Of a stretch of 64,000 bases of DNA, positions 42,500 through 53,305 are shown one piece after another. Within the stretch, counting starts at the first letter, position 1. Each line of letters begins with the position of its first letter. Both the position numbers and the translations under genes were made by a program. The notes beneath the pieces are model-generated. The model saw only the letters and a list, made by a program, of their open reading frames with translations. It ran no database searches and had not been told where the DNA came from. Source of the stretch: an uncultured Nitrospinota bacterium (GTDB lineage: Bacteria > Tectomicrobia > Entotheonellia > J063 > CAVPRW01); the NCBI GenBank assembly GCA_963707985.1, contig CAVPRW010000024.1, forward strand, positions 96,001 through 160,000. Reading direction: 5' to 3'.

Positions 42500-43621
42500 T
42501 TACTGGGCTGTACCTTTTATCTGTAACTGCATTTTAATTTGATCCCCCGAACTCACCACTAAGCCGGCGTCCTCACAGTTCCATGACGTAGCAGCGTCCA
42601 GTGGGATGCGCACGGCTTCGTGTGTGGTCAGGTTCCGGCAGACCACCATCCCTTTCTCGGGTCTTATACCACTGACCGCTCCGCCGACAGGGGTGGGGGC
42701 GAGAGTAAAGAAGAGCAAACCCTTAGGGAAAAGGACCCCGCCACCCGACGTAAAGACATCAATGAAGGTTCCGGTTGTCCCGTGGTAACGCAAGATATTC
42801 CCAGTGTTCAGACTGGCAACATAGAGGTTGCCGTCTGGCCCGAAGGTGAGGTAATCGGGCGTATTCAACCCGCCGCTCCCCGCAGGCACAAACGTGTCGA
42901 TGAAGGCCCCGGTCCTCCCGTTATAGCGCTCTATCGCATCTACATGGAACCGACTGGCGTAGAGATGGCCGTCAGGTCCAAAGACTAGGCCCGCAAACGC
43001 CGAATCAAGCGGCGGGCCGCCGGAGTTGAACACGTCCATGAAGTCCCCCGTGGTGCCGTTGAAGCGCAGGATTTGCTGGTTGCCGCAGCAGTTGAACATG
43101 CCAGCATAAATATTGCCGTCTGGTCCGAAGGTGAAACCAACGAACCCAGATAGCCTGCTATCCGCAACGAAGGTGTCGACAAAGGCGCCGGTCTGTCCGT
43201 CGTAGCGGGAGATCGTCGCGTTGAACCGGCTACTGACATACAGCTTGCCATCCGGGCCGAAGACCACTTGGTCGGGATTGGCCAGCCCGCCACTGCCTGA
43301 AGGGACGAAGTCGTCGATAAAAGCGCCAGTCTGTCCATCGTAGCGCTTGACGCTATGGCTAGTCCAACTGCTGACGTAGAGGTTGCCATCCGGGCCGATG
43401 GTCAAGTTTTGTGGGGTATCCAGTCCGCCGCTGCCGGATAGGACGAAGATCTTCAGGAACACTCCTGTCGTCCCGTCATAGCTCACCACGCTATTGTCGG
43501 CAGCATTCCCAACCAGCAGTTGTGTCCCAGCTGCACGTGCGTGCGGACTGACCTCGATCGTGAGGGCAAGGAGGCCAATCATCAGGCCCAGACCGCGGAT
43601 TATTGCAGCGTAGGTTTTCAT
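42500..43621 (-). CDS. Secreted NHL/Vgb-type beta-propeller protein with small Cys-paired C-terminal domain
   Basis: Signal peptide; repeats RYDG.TGAFID.FVP.GSGGL..P..L.FGPDG.LYVS; tail CRNLTT...SWNCEDAGLVV. Confidence 0.85.
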   Translation of the reverse strand: MKTYAAIIRGLGLMIGLLALTIEVSPHARAAGTQLLVGNAADNSVVSYDGTTGVFLKIFVLSGSGGLDTPQNLTIGPDGNLYVSSWTSHSVKRYDGQTGAFIDDFVPSGSGGLANPDQVVFGPDGKLYVSSRFNATISRYDGQTGAFVDTFVADSRLSGFVGFTFGPDGNIYAGMFNCCGNQQILRFNGTTGDFMDVFNSGGPPLDSAFAGLVFGPDGHLYASRFHVDAIERYNGRTGAFIDTFVPAGSGGLNTPDYLTFGPDGNLYVASLNTGNILRYHGTTGTFIDVFTSGGGVLFPKGLLFFTLAPTPVGGAVSGIRPEKGMVVCRNLTTHEAVRIPLDAATSWNCEDAGLVVSSGDQIKMQLQIKGTAQ

Positions 43622-44557
43622 TGGCTCCTCCTAACGGGTTTGCACCCGCAAGTTCCATGTCGGTATGATGTGTTTGGCACGAATGCTGCGATCTGATACT
43701 CACGCGTGCCTAACGCTTGAGTATATGGAAGTGTTGCCGCCTAACACTCCCCTTGACCTTCCGGGGAATGTCCATCTAATATCCCAGCAGGTGGTTTTGT
43801 CTGTCAATTTTATGTATAATAACATAAATATAATCTATTTAAATCAATTTTTAAGGCGGAATAACCAGTGGCTGGTCACAAGCTGGCAGATTAAGCTGAA
43901 GTATGTTCCCCAGCTAGACATGGGATCCCCTATAGCCAGTCCAGGGGACCCTTAAATCATAATTATTCCCAGCCAGAACCGGAGTCCTTGGCAGCCTGAC
44001 AGGAGGACTCTGGGTAACACATGTTTCCAGAGTTGTGCGTGCAAGCGTACATGCCCCGTGTAGCAGCCTACCTAGCCCCTGGGATGGGTACCCTTGGCAG
44101 AGGTGTTTGGATGGTCTACTCATATTCTACACTACACACTGGGTATAAGTAGACCGTCAGCCATTATAGGGCCAACACTACTTGGTCGATGTCTTCCTGC
44201 CTAAATCTCAAATTCCGCACAGTGACTATAATATGAGAATACACTAGTGCTTGTTATGTCCTGTATAAGTCGTGTACCAGCTTATTGTAGACCTTACCAG
44301 CAAATTTTTTCCGCATACTATGTGTAAAGAGTTTAACGCTTAACACATTGGCCACATATGAGATTTCAGTAATTACCAAGCCTGCACGCGTCTAATGGAT
44401 TTCCCATGGATTCGTTATAGGAATAGAGATGCCTGCCCACTAGGCGAACACTAAACAGGTGTGGAGTTGACACTACAGAGGGGATAGAAATATAAAAAGG
44501 ACATATGGTACAGCTGGGGCCAAGCCGTCAACTCAATACGTTCCAGAATAGAGATAG

Positions 44558-44854
44558 ATGCACGTTATTACACGGCAGCGGCTGCAAGAGTTTTGGCAGA
44601 CCCATTCCGATGCGGAACGCCCGTTGAAAGCCTGGCTGGCGATTGTCCGGTTGAAGCGCTATCGCAGCCCTCCCACAGTCCGCGAGGATTTTGCCTCGGC
44701 CAGTTTCCTCGGGAAATGGCGGGCGGTATTTAATATTGGGGGCAACAACTACCGACTTGTCGTCGATATACGCTATGATCTTGGCCGTATCTACATTCGC
44801 CATGTGCTGACCCATGAGGACTATGTTCGTCGGACACAGGACGGCAGTTGGTAG
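44558..44854 (+). CDS. higB: HigB-family toxin
   Basis: MHVITRQRLQEFW...VFNIGGNNYRLV...IRHVLTHEDY. Confidence 0.88.
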   Translation: MHVITRQRLQEFWQTHSDAERPLKAWLAIVRLKRYRSPPTVREDFASASFLGKWRAVFNIGGNNYRLVVDIRYDLGRIYIRHVLTHEDYVRRTQDGSW

Positions 44855-44896
44855 GGCACGGCCACGTCCTAAGACGCAGCAGAAGGTGCAGATATC

Positions 44897-45317
44897 ATGG
44901 CTGAGCTGCTCGACTTTACAAAACCCCATGTCTTACGCAACGCGGCCGAATATACGGCGGCCGTGGCGGAGATTGACCAGCTCCTCGACCTCGACCCGCC
45001 CCCCCATTCAGAAGCCTACGAGCGGTTGGAATTCCTCTCGGTGTTGGTGCACGCCTATGAAGAGGCGCATTTCCCTCTGGAGCAACTCACGACCCCACAA
45101 GACGTCGTGACATTTATGTTGGAGCAGAAAGGCCTATCGCATACTGACTTAGCCCAATGGCTGGGGGGGAGAAATCCCGATGTGGGCCTTTTTACAGGGG
45201 ACCCGCCGTCTGTCCCTCCCACAAATTGAGCGACTGCGAGTGCACTTGGGAATTCCAGCGGATCTCCTCATCAGTCCTGGCAAGACACCTAACAAAGGCA
45301 TGGAGCTGACGCGCTAA
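44897..45317 (+). CDS. higA: HigA-family antitoxin (frameshift in the G7 run 45163-45169)
   Basis: EYTAAVAEIDQLLD...LEFLSVLVHAYEEAH...MLEQKGL; the corrected frame gives RRLSLPQIERLRVHLGIPADLLI and runs into the attC. Confidence 0.8.
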
Positions 45318-45345
45318 AGCACGAGGCTCATGCCCAGCGTTACAC
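45287..45345 (+). other. Integron attC site (59 bp), no intI in the window
   Basis: R'' ACCTAAC; GGCATGGAGC pairs with GCTCATGCC leaving one extra-helical base; R' GTTACAC. Confidence 0.8.
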
Positions 45346-45492
45346 CGTTGGTGTCAATGCCTGTTTGCCCAATTATGCCCGTCAGCTTGCGGGCCATCTC
45401 TTGCAGGTCCAATGGGCCGAGGATGTGGTTGCGGTCCAAAACGCTCTGGGTCTTATGCCCGGTATCCTTCATCGCGACACGTTCTGGCACAC
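45340..45492 (-). pseudogene. Integrase C-terminal fragment (int3), paralog of int1
   Basis: GVPERVAMKDTGHKTQSVLDRNHILGPLDLQEMARKLTG matches int1 [39 protein letters not shown]. Confidence 0.8.
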
Positions 45493-45494
45493 CA

Positions 45495-45771
45495 ACGATC
45501 TCGCCGCAGCCATTGGCTCTGTGTATGGAGCTGACGCGGAACAAGCGTATCTACCGCACTGGCGCAAGCATATTGGCTTCGAAGTAGACCTCACGTAGGA
45601 TGTCGTGGCGGACCTGGTCAAGACCCATGTGCCCACGTTAAAAAAAGTGATCGACGTCCAAGATTCCGGCAATACCGAGCAGGCTTTTGTGGCGCTGCGC
45701 CAGGCCATCGATCACATGGAGATGGCCGCCAACCCACTGGACGGCGCCATCGTGAACCAATTCCCCGCTAA
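45495..45771 (+). pseudogene. Fragment of a helical-repeat protein (family often labelled copper amine oxidase-like)
   Basis: DLAAAIGSVYGADAEQAYLPHWRKHIGF...VADLVKTHV...AIVNQFP; internal stop. Confidence 0.4.
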
Positions 45772-46120
45772 GTGCGCCCGATAACGCAGCCCCCTCCTCC
45801 ATGCGGCAGCGGTCTCTCTGGCCAGCCGAGAAGACTGCTGCACGCACAGGCCACTTTTCCCTTGACATTCAGAGTCTTCCATCGATACAGCCGACGTGGC
45901 TGTCAGGCGATGCCTTGTTACGGCCGAGTTGGTCCTCGAAAGTCCTTTCATGCGAATTGCCTCTGCAGCACGTTTTCGCAAGCCTTTCCTCAAAGAGTCT
46001 CACCCTCGAGTTCCCTCCCACCCTGAGCGTGGCTCAAGGCGGCGGGATGACAGGGCTATGACGTAGGACACTCACCCCTGCCCTCTCCCGCTGGGAGAGG
46101 AAGTATAACGACCTGAGGAG

Positions 46121-47105
46121 ATGTGCATGATGCACTGGCAATGGCTGATATGGATACTCGGTATGGTTCTGACGTGTACGCCGCTCTGGGGTGCTAGTCC
46201 GACATGGAAGCCACAGAAGCCGATTGAGTTCGTGATCCCAGCCGGGCCAGGAGGAGGAGCCGACGTCATGGCCCGTTTCATCGCTCCCCTGGTGAGCAAG
46301 TACAACCTCTCGCCGCAACCCCTGGTCACGGTCAACAAAGCGGGCGGGGCTGGGGCCGAAGGGTTCCTCTATGTCAAGGGCAAAAAGGGAGATCCGCACG
46401 TCATCATCATCACCCTCTCCAATTTGTTCACGACACCGTTGGCAACCGGCGCGCCGTTCAGTTGGAAGGATTTCACGCCATTGGCACGCTTAGCCCTGGA
46501 TGAGTTTGTCTTATGGGTCAATGCGGAGTCCCCCTATACGACAGCTGCCGCTTATCTGCAGGCCGCCAAGGACCATCCCGGAAAATTCAAGATGGGTGGG
46601 ACAGGCACGGCTCAAGAGGACCAGATCATCACCGTGCAGTTGGAGCAAGCGACGGGCGCCAAGTTCATCTACGTCCCTTTCAGAGGCGGTGGTGATGTCG
46701 CCACCAATCTGGTGGGCAAGCACGTGGACTCCACGGTCAATAATCCCAACGAGGCGGTGGGCCACTGGAAAGCGGGACGGCTCCGGCCACTGGGGATCTT
46801 CGATCTGGAACGCCTCGAGCTGCCGGATTGGCAGAACATCCCTACCATGAAGGAGCAGGGATATGACATCGAATACCTCATGCTGCGTGGCATCTTTGGG
46901 GCGCCGGATATCCCTAAAGAGGCACAGGAGTGGTACATCGAGCTCCTGAAAAAAATCAGCGAGACCCCAGAGTGGGTGGAGTTCACCGACAAGGGGGGCT
47001 TGAAGCGCAACTTTCTGGCTGGGGCGGAATTGACTACATGGCTTGAGCTCATCGACACGATGCACAAAAATCTGATGGCGCGAAGGCGGGCTGCTCAAGG
47101 AGTAG
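46121..47105 (+). CDS. tctC: Tripartite tricarboxylate transporter substrate-binding protein (frameshift at 47081)
   Basis: PQKPIEFVIPAGPGGGADVMAR, YVPFRGGG; deleting C47081 gives the natural end MAEGGLLKE*. Confidence 0.88.
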
Positions 47106-47116
47106 ATGGCGTGGAT

Positions 47117-47587
47117 ATGCGTCAAACGGACATTGGATTTACGCTGGTGTTGCTCGTGTTGGCCGTACTCGTTGCTGTGGGCTCCTTGCAGCTTGACATC
47201 GGCTGGGGGATGAATGGTCCAAAGGGCGGCTTCTTTCCATTTTGGCTGGCGGTGGGGTTGGCGCTCTGTTGTCTGGTCATCCTGGTGCAAGCCCTCCGGA
47301 ACACCTCCCCGACGTCGAACCAACCACTGGTCAGACCTGGGGGATGGGTGCCGCTCCTTAAGGTGGCAGGTCCCGCCATCGCCATGGTGGCCCTCACTGA
47401 GATCATCGGGCTCTATCTGGCGGCTGCCCTCTACATCGGCTTCTATATGCGGTGGATCGGCAAACACTCCTGGCTTCTGGTTTTCGCGGTCAGCATGGGC
47501 GTACCTTTGTGCAGCTACCTGATTTTCGACAAGTGGTTTCTGATCCCCATGCCCAAAGGATGGTGGGGAGGACACCTCAGTCTCTAG
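47117..47587 (+). CDS. tctB: TctB small membrane subunit
   Basis: GPKGGFFPFWL, 4-5 TM helices, FDKWFLIPMPKG. Confidence 0.85.
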   Translation: MRQTDIGFTLVLLVLAVLVAVGSLQLDIGWGMNGPKGGFFPFWLAVGLALCCLVILVQALRNTSPTSNQPLVRPGGWVPLLKVAGPAIAMVALTEIIGLYLAAALYIGFYMRWIGKHSWLLVFAVSMGVPLCSYLIFDKWFLIPMPKGWWGGHLSL

Positions 47588-47607
47588 CGGCCAGGAGAGC
47601 GTCACCA

Positions 47608-49110
47608 GTGGATGCCTTCGCCAACCTGCTGATGGGTTTCCAGATCGCCCTGACGCCGTATAACCTGATGGTTGCTACCCTCGGCATCATTTTGGGGACG
47701 ATCATCGGCGTTCTCCCTGGCCTTGGGGGCGCCAATGGCGTGGCGATTCTATTACCGGTGACCTTCGTCATGCCCCCCACCTCGGCCATCATCCTGCTGT
47801 CGTGTCTCTACTGGGGGGCATTGTTCGGTGGGGCCATCACCTCGATCCTATTCAATATTCCCGGTGAGCCCTGGTCAGTGGCCACCACCTTCGACGGCCA
47901 CCCGATGGCCAAGCAGGGGCTGGGTGGGCAGGCACTGACTGCGGCCTTTACCTCGTCATTCATTGGTGCGGCCTTCGCGATTATTCTGGTGACGTTTTTC
48001 GCGCCTCTCATCGCCGAGTTCTCCCTCAAATTCGGGCCAGCGGAATTCTTGGGTGTTCAGCTGCTGACCTTCAGTGCCTTCGTCGGCATGGGGGGCAGCT
48101 CACCGGTCAAAACCATCGCCGCTACCCTCCTGGGGTTCATCCTGGCGACGGTCGGCATGGATATCATCAGTGGCCAGCTCCGCCTGACATTCGGTACCAT
48201 CGAACTGATGCGCGGCTTCAACTTCGTGGTGGTGGTCATCGGCTTGTTCGGCATCGGCGAGATTTTGCTCACCATCGAGGAGGGTCTGGAATTTCGGGGG
48301 GCGAAGCCGCAGGTGGGCTGGCGACTGATGGTCGACACCTGGCGGGAGTTGCCGCAATATTGGAAAACCTTCGTGCGCTCGGCCCTGATTGGCTCCTGGA
48401 TGGGGATTAAGCCCGGCGGAGCCACGCCAGCGTCGTTCATGAGCTATGGCATCGCCAAGAAGTTCTCCAAGACGCCTGAAACATTCGGCACCGGGACGTT
48501 GGAAGGCGTCCTGGCCCCAGAGACCGCCGCCCATGCCGCCGGGGTGTCGGCCTTGTTGCCAATGATCACACTGGGTATCCCGGGATCACCGACGGCGGCC
48601 GTGATGCTGGGGGGATTGCTCATCTGGGGGCTGCAGCCTGGACCGATGCTGTTTCAGGAACGGCCGGAGTTCGTCTGGGGGTTGATCGCCAGCATGTACA
48701 CTGGGAACGTCATCGGGGTGCTCATCGTGCTGTTGTTCGTCCCCGCTTTTGCGGCCATCCTGCGCCTGCCTTTTGCCATCTTGATCCCGCTCATCATCTA
48801 CGTCTGCGCCATCGGGGCCTATGCCGTGAACAACAGCACCACGGACATCTGGTATATGCTGATCTTTGGCGTCGCCGGTTATCTGTTCAAGAAACTGGAT
48901 TATCCGATCGCCCCCATGGTCCTGGCGCTGGTGCTCGGCGATATGGCCGAGTCGGCGTTGCGACAGAGCCTGATTATGTCCCAAGGCTCGCCGATAATTT
49001 TCTTCTCCAGCCCGATTGCAGCCGTGCTGGTGATCGTGTCGCTCTGGTTGCTCACGGCTCCGATCATCCATCCGCTGATCCGCAAAGCCTGGAATAGGTC
49101 CAGTCAGTGA
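47608..49110 (+). CDS. tctA: TctA large membrane subunit
   Basis: GTIIGVLPGLG, ILFNIPGEP...TTFDGHPMA, LGIPGSPTAAV; GTG start with GGAG RBS. Confidence 0.92.
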   Translation: MDAFANLLMGFQIALTPYNLMVATLGIILGTIIGVLPGLGGANGVAILLPVTFVMPPTSAIILLSCLYWGALFGGAITSILFNIPGEPWSVATTFDGHPMAKQGLGGQALTAAFTSSFIGAAFAIILVTFFAPLIAEFSLKFGPAEFLGVQLLTFSAFVGMGGSSPVKTIAATLLGFILATVGMDIISGQLRLTFGTIELMRGFNFVVVVIGLFGIGEILLTIEEGLEFRGAKPQVGWRLMVDTWRELPQYWKTFVRSALIGSWMGIKPGGATPASFMSYGIAKKFSKTPETFGTGTLEGVLAPETAAHAAGVSALLPMITLGIPGSPTAAVMLGGLLIWGLQPGPMLFQERPEFVWGLIASMYTGNVIGVLIVLLFVPAFAAILRLPFAILIPLIIYVCAIGAYAVNNSTTDIWYMLIFGVAGYLFKKLDYPIAPMVLALVLGDMAESALRQSLIMSQGSPIIFFSSPIAAVLVIVSLWLLTAPIIHPLIRKAWNRSSQ

Positions 49111-49430
49111 CCTCACGGGACTCCGGTTTCCTGCGGATAGCTTGTTTGAGGTGATGGTGCTAATGCCTTGCTGAAGCCTTGCAAGAGTCCTGAACTGTTT
49201 CCGCATGTGCCGCGTGGCGTTATGCCGCTCGGGGACGTGACTTATTGGTTCTATCCGGTGGAGTCCGGGTGGTGTGCGTACTTGCCATCGTGCTGGTTTC
49301 AGGCCTGCTCAGCGCTGTATACGCCGCCGACCCAACTCATTGCGGTTGCCGTAGTGCTGATCAGAATGATTCGGAGGCACGGCTAGTGGCAGAGGTGGGG
49401 CTAAACGCATGAATACCTGAGAATACGTAG

Positions 49431-49856
49431 TTACAATCCCCACGCGGCGAGATAATGGGGCGTGAGGATCGCGAGCACTAAGCCTCCGATCTCGAGCAGC
49501 CCAAAAAGGAGGCGATAGGTTTCCGAGTCTGGCGGCCGAGCATAGTGGATACATTGCGCCTGCACGGCGGCACGCAGGCGATCCTGATCGGGGTCCAGGT
49601 GGGCAGTTGCCTTGCCACGCACGCCGACTGTGCCGTCGGGGGCTTCGATAGTGCCATAGACAATGGGTTGGCGATCGATTGCTCGGCGTTTGCGGGACGT
49701 CGTTCCGAGATACACGAGCCATGTGCCGTCTTCCCAGGTGTACCACACAGGATGGACGAGGGGCGTCCCATCAGGCTCGGTGACCGCAAGGTGTTACAGA
49801 CGGGGAGATGCCAGGAACTGGTCGACCGCCAATCGTGATGCAGGCGGTTCATTCAT
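49431..49856 (-). pseudogene. PPOX/pyridoxamine 5'-phosphate oxidase-like protein with an in-frame TAA
   Basis: VDQFLASPRL*HLAVTEPDGTPLVHPVWYTWED...SRKRRAIDRQP; stop at 49794-49796. Confidence 0.7.
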
Positions 49857-50424
49857 CGCTGAGACAATGCGCATAGGGCTCCACTTTGGGCAGGCAGTGC
49901 CTGCCATGCGCCCCCCCTTTGCAAAGGGGAGAATAGAGGCGAGACCATGGCCAACAAAGTCCCTTGTTTCCGCACTAGGTGCACTCATGACCCGAGACGC
50001 CGCGATCATGGGATAATATGGTACGATCTGTGAGTCGTTATGAACGTCAGACTTTACTAAATTCCGCCTCGCCCTGAAAAATTGGCTCAAAAATACGCAT
50101 TTCCCGGATTATAGGCGTTTTCCACCCACGAGTCATGCACGTCCTCTGCGGCGACTTGATTCACCTGTAAGATAACCGGTATAAGGAAACGCGGGACCCG
50201 TGAGGACAGTACGGTCATGTGCACCACGCCGACAATCCTGATACAACGGTTGCCTTTCAACGTCGCGCACTCATGGCAGTTCTGGCGATGCCGTGGTTAT
50301 GGTGCCAAATGCACGCGGGAATGGGACAACTTCACGTGGTAAGAACTGACGCTCATGAAACAGTTGATGTGGGGTGGAAGCAGGCACGTTCATACAGGAG
50401 AGGCAACACCGGGAGGAGGCTACC

Positions 50425-50574
50425 ATGCTGTGGACGATCTTTGTGATTCTCTTGATCTTGTGGCTGTTGGGACTCGTGACGTCCTACACCTTGGGGGGAT
50501 TCATTCATATTCTCTTGGTCATTGCGATCGTCGTGGTGCTGATTCGAGTCATTCAGGGGCGCAGACCCCTATAG
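50425..50574 (+). CDS. lmo0937-family small membrane protein
   Basis: MLWTIFVILLILWLLGLVTSYTLGGFIHILLVIAIVVVLIRVIQGRRPL; GGAGGAGG RBS. Confidence 0.85.
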   Translation: MLWTIFVILLILWLLGLVTSYTLGGFIHILLVIAIVVVLIRVIQGRRPL

Positions 50575-51203
50575 CCTTTGTGAGGCGGGGTGGCAGGTAA
50601 CATCCTGCTATGGCATCACGCGGCACGGCCCGGCATGGGAGTTGGTCCTCACGCCGATCCCATAGCTCGGTCTCTCGTTCCTCTGCTGACCTTAGCTGTG
50701 GAATCAGCCGCAAAGTCAATGAGCGCATGCACATCACTATTTGGGCGAAAGTTGGCCCATAGCGCGGAACCAATCAGCGTTCATGCACCAATTTTCAGCG
50801 CCAACAGCCCTCTGCGATGGCATCAGTGGGAAAGGAAGAGCAAGTGTTGCATTTACATTCACACGATCCGGTGATCGCCATGAGCATCCACCGATAGTAA
50901 TATTTGCTCATGGCATGAGCGCAATCCTGTGCGAGCAGCCATCGGACCCCATGATCGTGGCCGGCTTCGCACGGGGCGCCACGGTTTTAGGGAGATGCGA
51001 GCGATTCACGACGGCTAAGGATGGCCTGCTCCGGGACTGGCAACGCCCTGCTGAGCGGGGCCAGGCGGGAGTCAGACCGCGGTGAGGCCATGGGGTGGAG
51101 GCCATAGGGCTGCAGGACGTCTGGTGCGGGTCTGGGACGCGTCTGAAGGACGATGACGGGGTGGAACATGCGGCTGCGTGCTGGAGCACGAGAGGAGCGA
51201 GAG

Positions 51204-52530
51204 ATGCACACGCGGAACGATCGCACATGGAAACATCGCATCGCCGGTCTGGTCATGGCCGTGGTCAGCCTGCTGATGGTCGCGTCGGCGCCGGCGGCCG
51301 AGCTGCTGGTGAGCAGCGAGGCCACCGACCAGGTGCTGCGCTATGACGGGACGACCGGCGCGTTTCTGGGTGCCTTCGTGACCGCCGGCAGCGGCGGGCT
51401 GGATTCCCCAGGGCCTGGCCTTCGGGCCCGACGGCACCCTCTACGTCAGCAGCTTCGGCTCCGATCAGGTACTGCGCTATGACGGGACGACCGGCGCCTT
51501 TCTGAACGCCTTCGTGGCCGCCGGCAGCGGCGGGCTAGATGGCCCCACGTTCTTGACCTTCCGTCCCAGTGCGCTGGAGTGCCCGGAAGACGCTGATGCG
51601 GTCCTCTCCCGTGCCGTCGACCCTGAAGGCGACGATGCGACGCTGATTGGCGGTCTGCCCACGCACGTCACCCTCCAGGAGGCCGTGAATCAGGCCCAGG
51701 ACGGCGAGGTGATCGGTGTCTACGGGCGCAGCACGGAGAACGTGGTCATCACCGGCACCAACCGCCTGACCATCACCCAGTGTACCGTGGCTCAACTCAC
51801 CGCCGCCGCCGCGGGACCGGTGGTGCACATCACCGGCACCGGGACGATCACCATCATCAGCCGCGACACCGTGGGCGGCACCATCGGCTGGCGCGTAGAC
51901 ACGGATGGCCATGACCTGAAGAGCGTGCGGGCCAGCGGGGCCAGCTAGGTCGGCATTCTGGTGCTTGGCGACCACAATCGTATGAGCTACAATTCGGTGC
52001 GCAGCAGCGCGGTGGGCATTCGGGTCGAAGGGCGCTTCAACGACCTCCGCGGCGGCACCGTCGAAGGCCACACCGGCGCCGGTGTGCAGCTCACGGCTGG
52101 CGCCAGCGGCAACACCTTCCGGACCGCGACCGTGCAGCGCAACGGCGGCAACGGCATCGAAGTGGAGGGCTCCGATAATACCGTGCGCGACAACGGCCGC
52201 GTGAACCAGAACACCCTCAATGGCATCCTGGTCACGGGCGATCGCAATACCCTCATGGGCAACCGCTCTGAGACCGGGAAGGGCAATGGCCGGCATGGGA
52301 TCGAGGTGATCGCGGGAGCGGACACCAATCAGGTGACGAGCAACCAGATGTACAGCAATGCCTTCGACGGCGTGCACGTCTTCGGGACCGGCAATCAGCT
52401 CAAGAATAACAGCGCCAACGTCAACGTCGGTGTGGAGTTCAGCCTCGGGGCCGGCAACGTGGATCAGGGCGGCAACAAAGCGAATGGCCGCGCCTGCACC
52501 GTTGGCGCTGCCGGGGGCACCTGCAATTAG
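51204..52530 (+). pseudogene. Secreted protein: short propeller repeats plus right-handed beta-helix (frameshift near 51410, TAG at 51946-51948)
   Basis: Signal peptide, two RYDGTTGAFL..FV.AGSGGLD.P repeats, TLQEAVN, then N/G-rich NGIEV.G..N repeats. Confidence 0.7.
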
Positions 52531-52813
52531 CTGATATCCCGCGGTCGCCATCGTGACCGCCAGGGTGGCGGCCGCTCCTGCAGGATGACGGGTGCGGCCG
52601 CATCACCCTAGCCAGAGGCCTGCCGTCACGCCCCTGCGTCCCCAGGGGAAGTGACCGTTGCGGCCGCGCTCGTCGGCCACAAGGCGGTCGCGCCCGTGAT
52701 GGAGCATTGATGTCGGTACCTCCTCTTCCCGCCCGGCGCGTGCAGTGAGGAAATGGCGCAATGGTTGCCGACCTGGAGTGAGGTCAGTCGGGGATAGGAT
52801 TGAAAGGGTGCAC

Positions 52814-53200
52814 ATGGATACACTTCCGCAGGAGCTTCGCCAGGGAGTTGAGGAATTTAATCGCGCCTACTTCTTCGAGGCGCATGAGACGTTAGAAGAC
52901 CTATGGCGAGGAACTTCTGGTCCGCTGCGGCTCTTCTATCAGGGGTTGATTCAATTGGCGGTGGCCCTGTACCATCTGTCGAATGGCAACCGTCGGGGAG
53001 CACTCAACCTGCTTGGCAAGGGGCTGGATAAGCTCACTGCCTACCAGCCGACGTGCCAAAATATCGATGTTGATGCCTTATGCGGTGAAGCCCGCGCCTG
53101 GCTCGACCGTGTGCGTCAGGCGGGTAATGGCGAGCTGACCGTTGATCCAGCGCAGTTGCCGCGTATTCGCTGGCTCACGTCCGAAAGGAACTCGGCATAA
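52814..53200 (+). CDS. DUF309 domain protein
   Basis: FNRAYFFEAHETLEDLW...FYQGLIQLAVALYH. Confidence 0.88.
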   Translation: MDTLPQELRQGVEEFNRAYFFEAHETLEDLWRGTSGPLRLFYQGLIQLAVALYHLSNGNRRGALNLLGKGLDKLTAYQPTCQNIDVDALCGEARAWLDRVRQAGNGELTVDPAQLPRIRWLTSERNSA

Positions 53201-53305
53201 AATTTGGCCTCAGCGTGCCCGCGCAGCATTCCCCTGACGAACCAGGTGCTGAGCGTATGAGCGAGCTTCTCGAGCAAGTCAAATTGGCCCGCGTGTCGGT
53301 AACTC

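Noticed and set aside
45300..45538. 14-bp direct repeat ATGGAGCTGACGCG flanking int3
   Set aside because: The second copy is explained by the coding fragment VYGADA and the first by the attC; probably coincidental.
46121..47587. Apparent TctC-TctB fusion (488-aa ORF)
   Set aside because: One extra C at 47081 bypasses the natural tctC stop at 47103-47105, and tctB has its own ATG at 47117.
22218..51948. Several in-frame TAG codons suggesting amber recoding
   Set aside because: They replace different residues (Tyr, Trp, Gln) and occur in genes with other lesions; TAG also terminates intact genes in this window.
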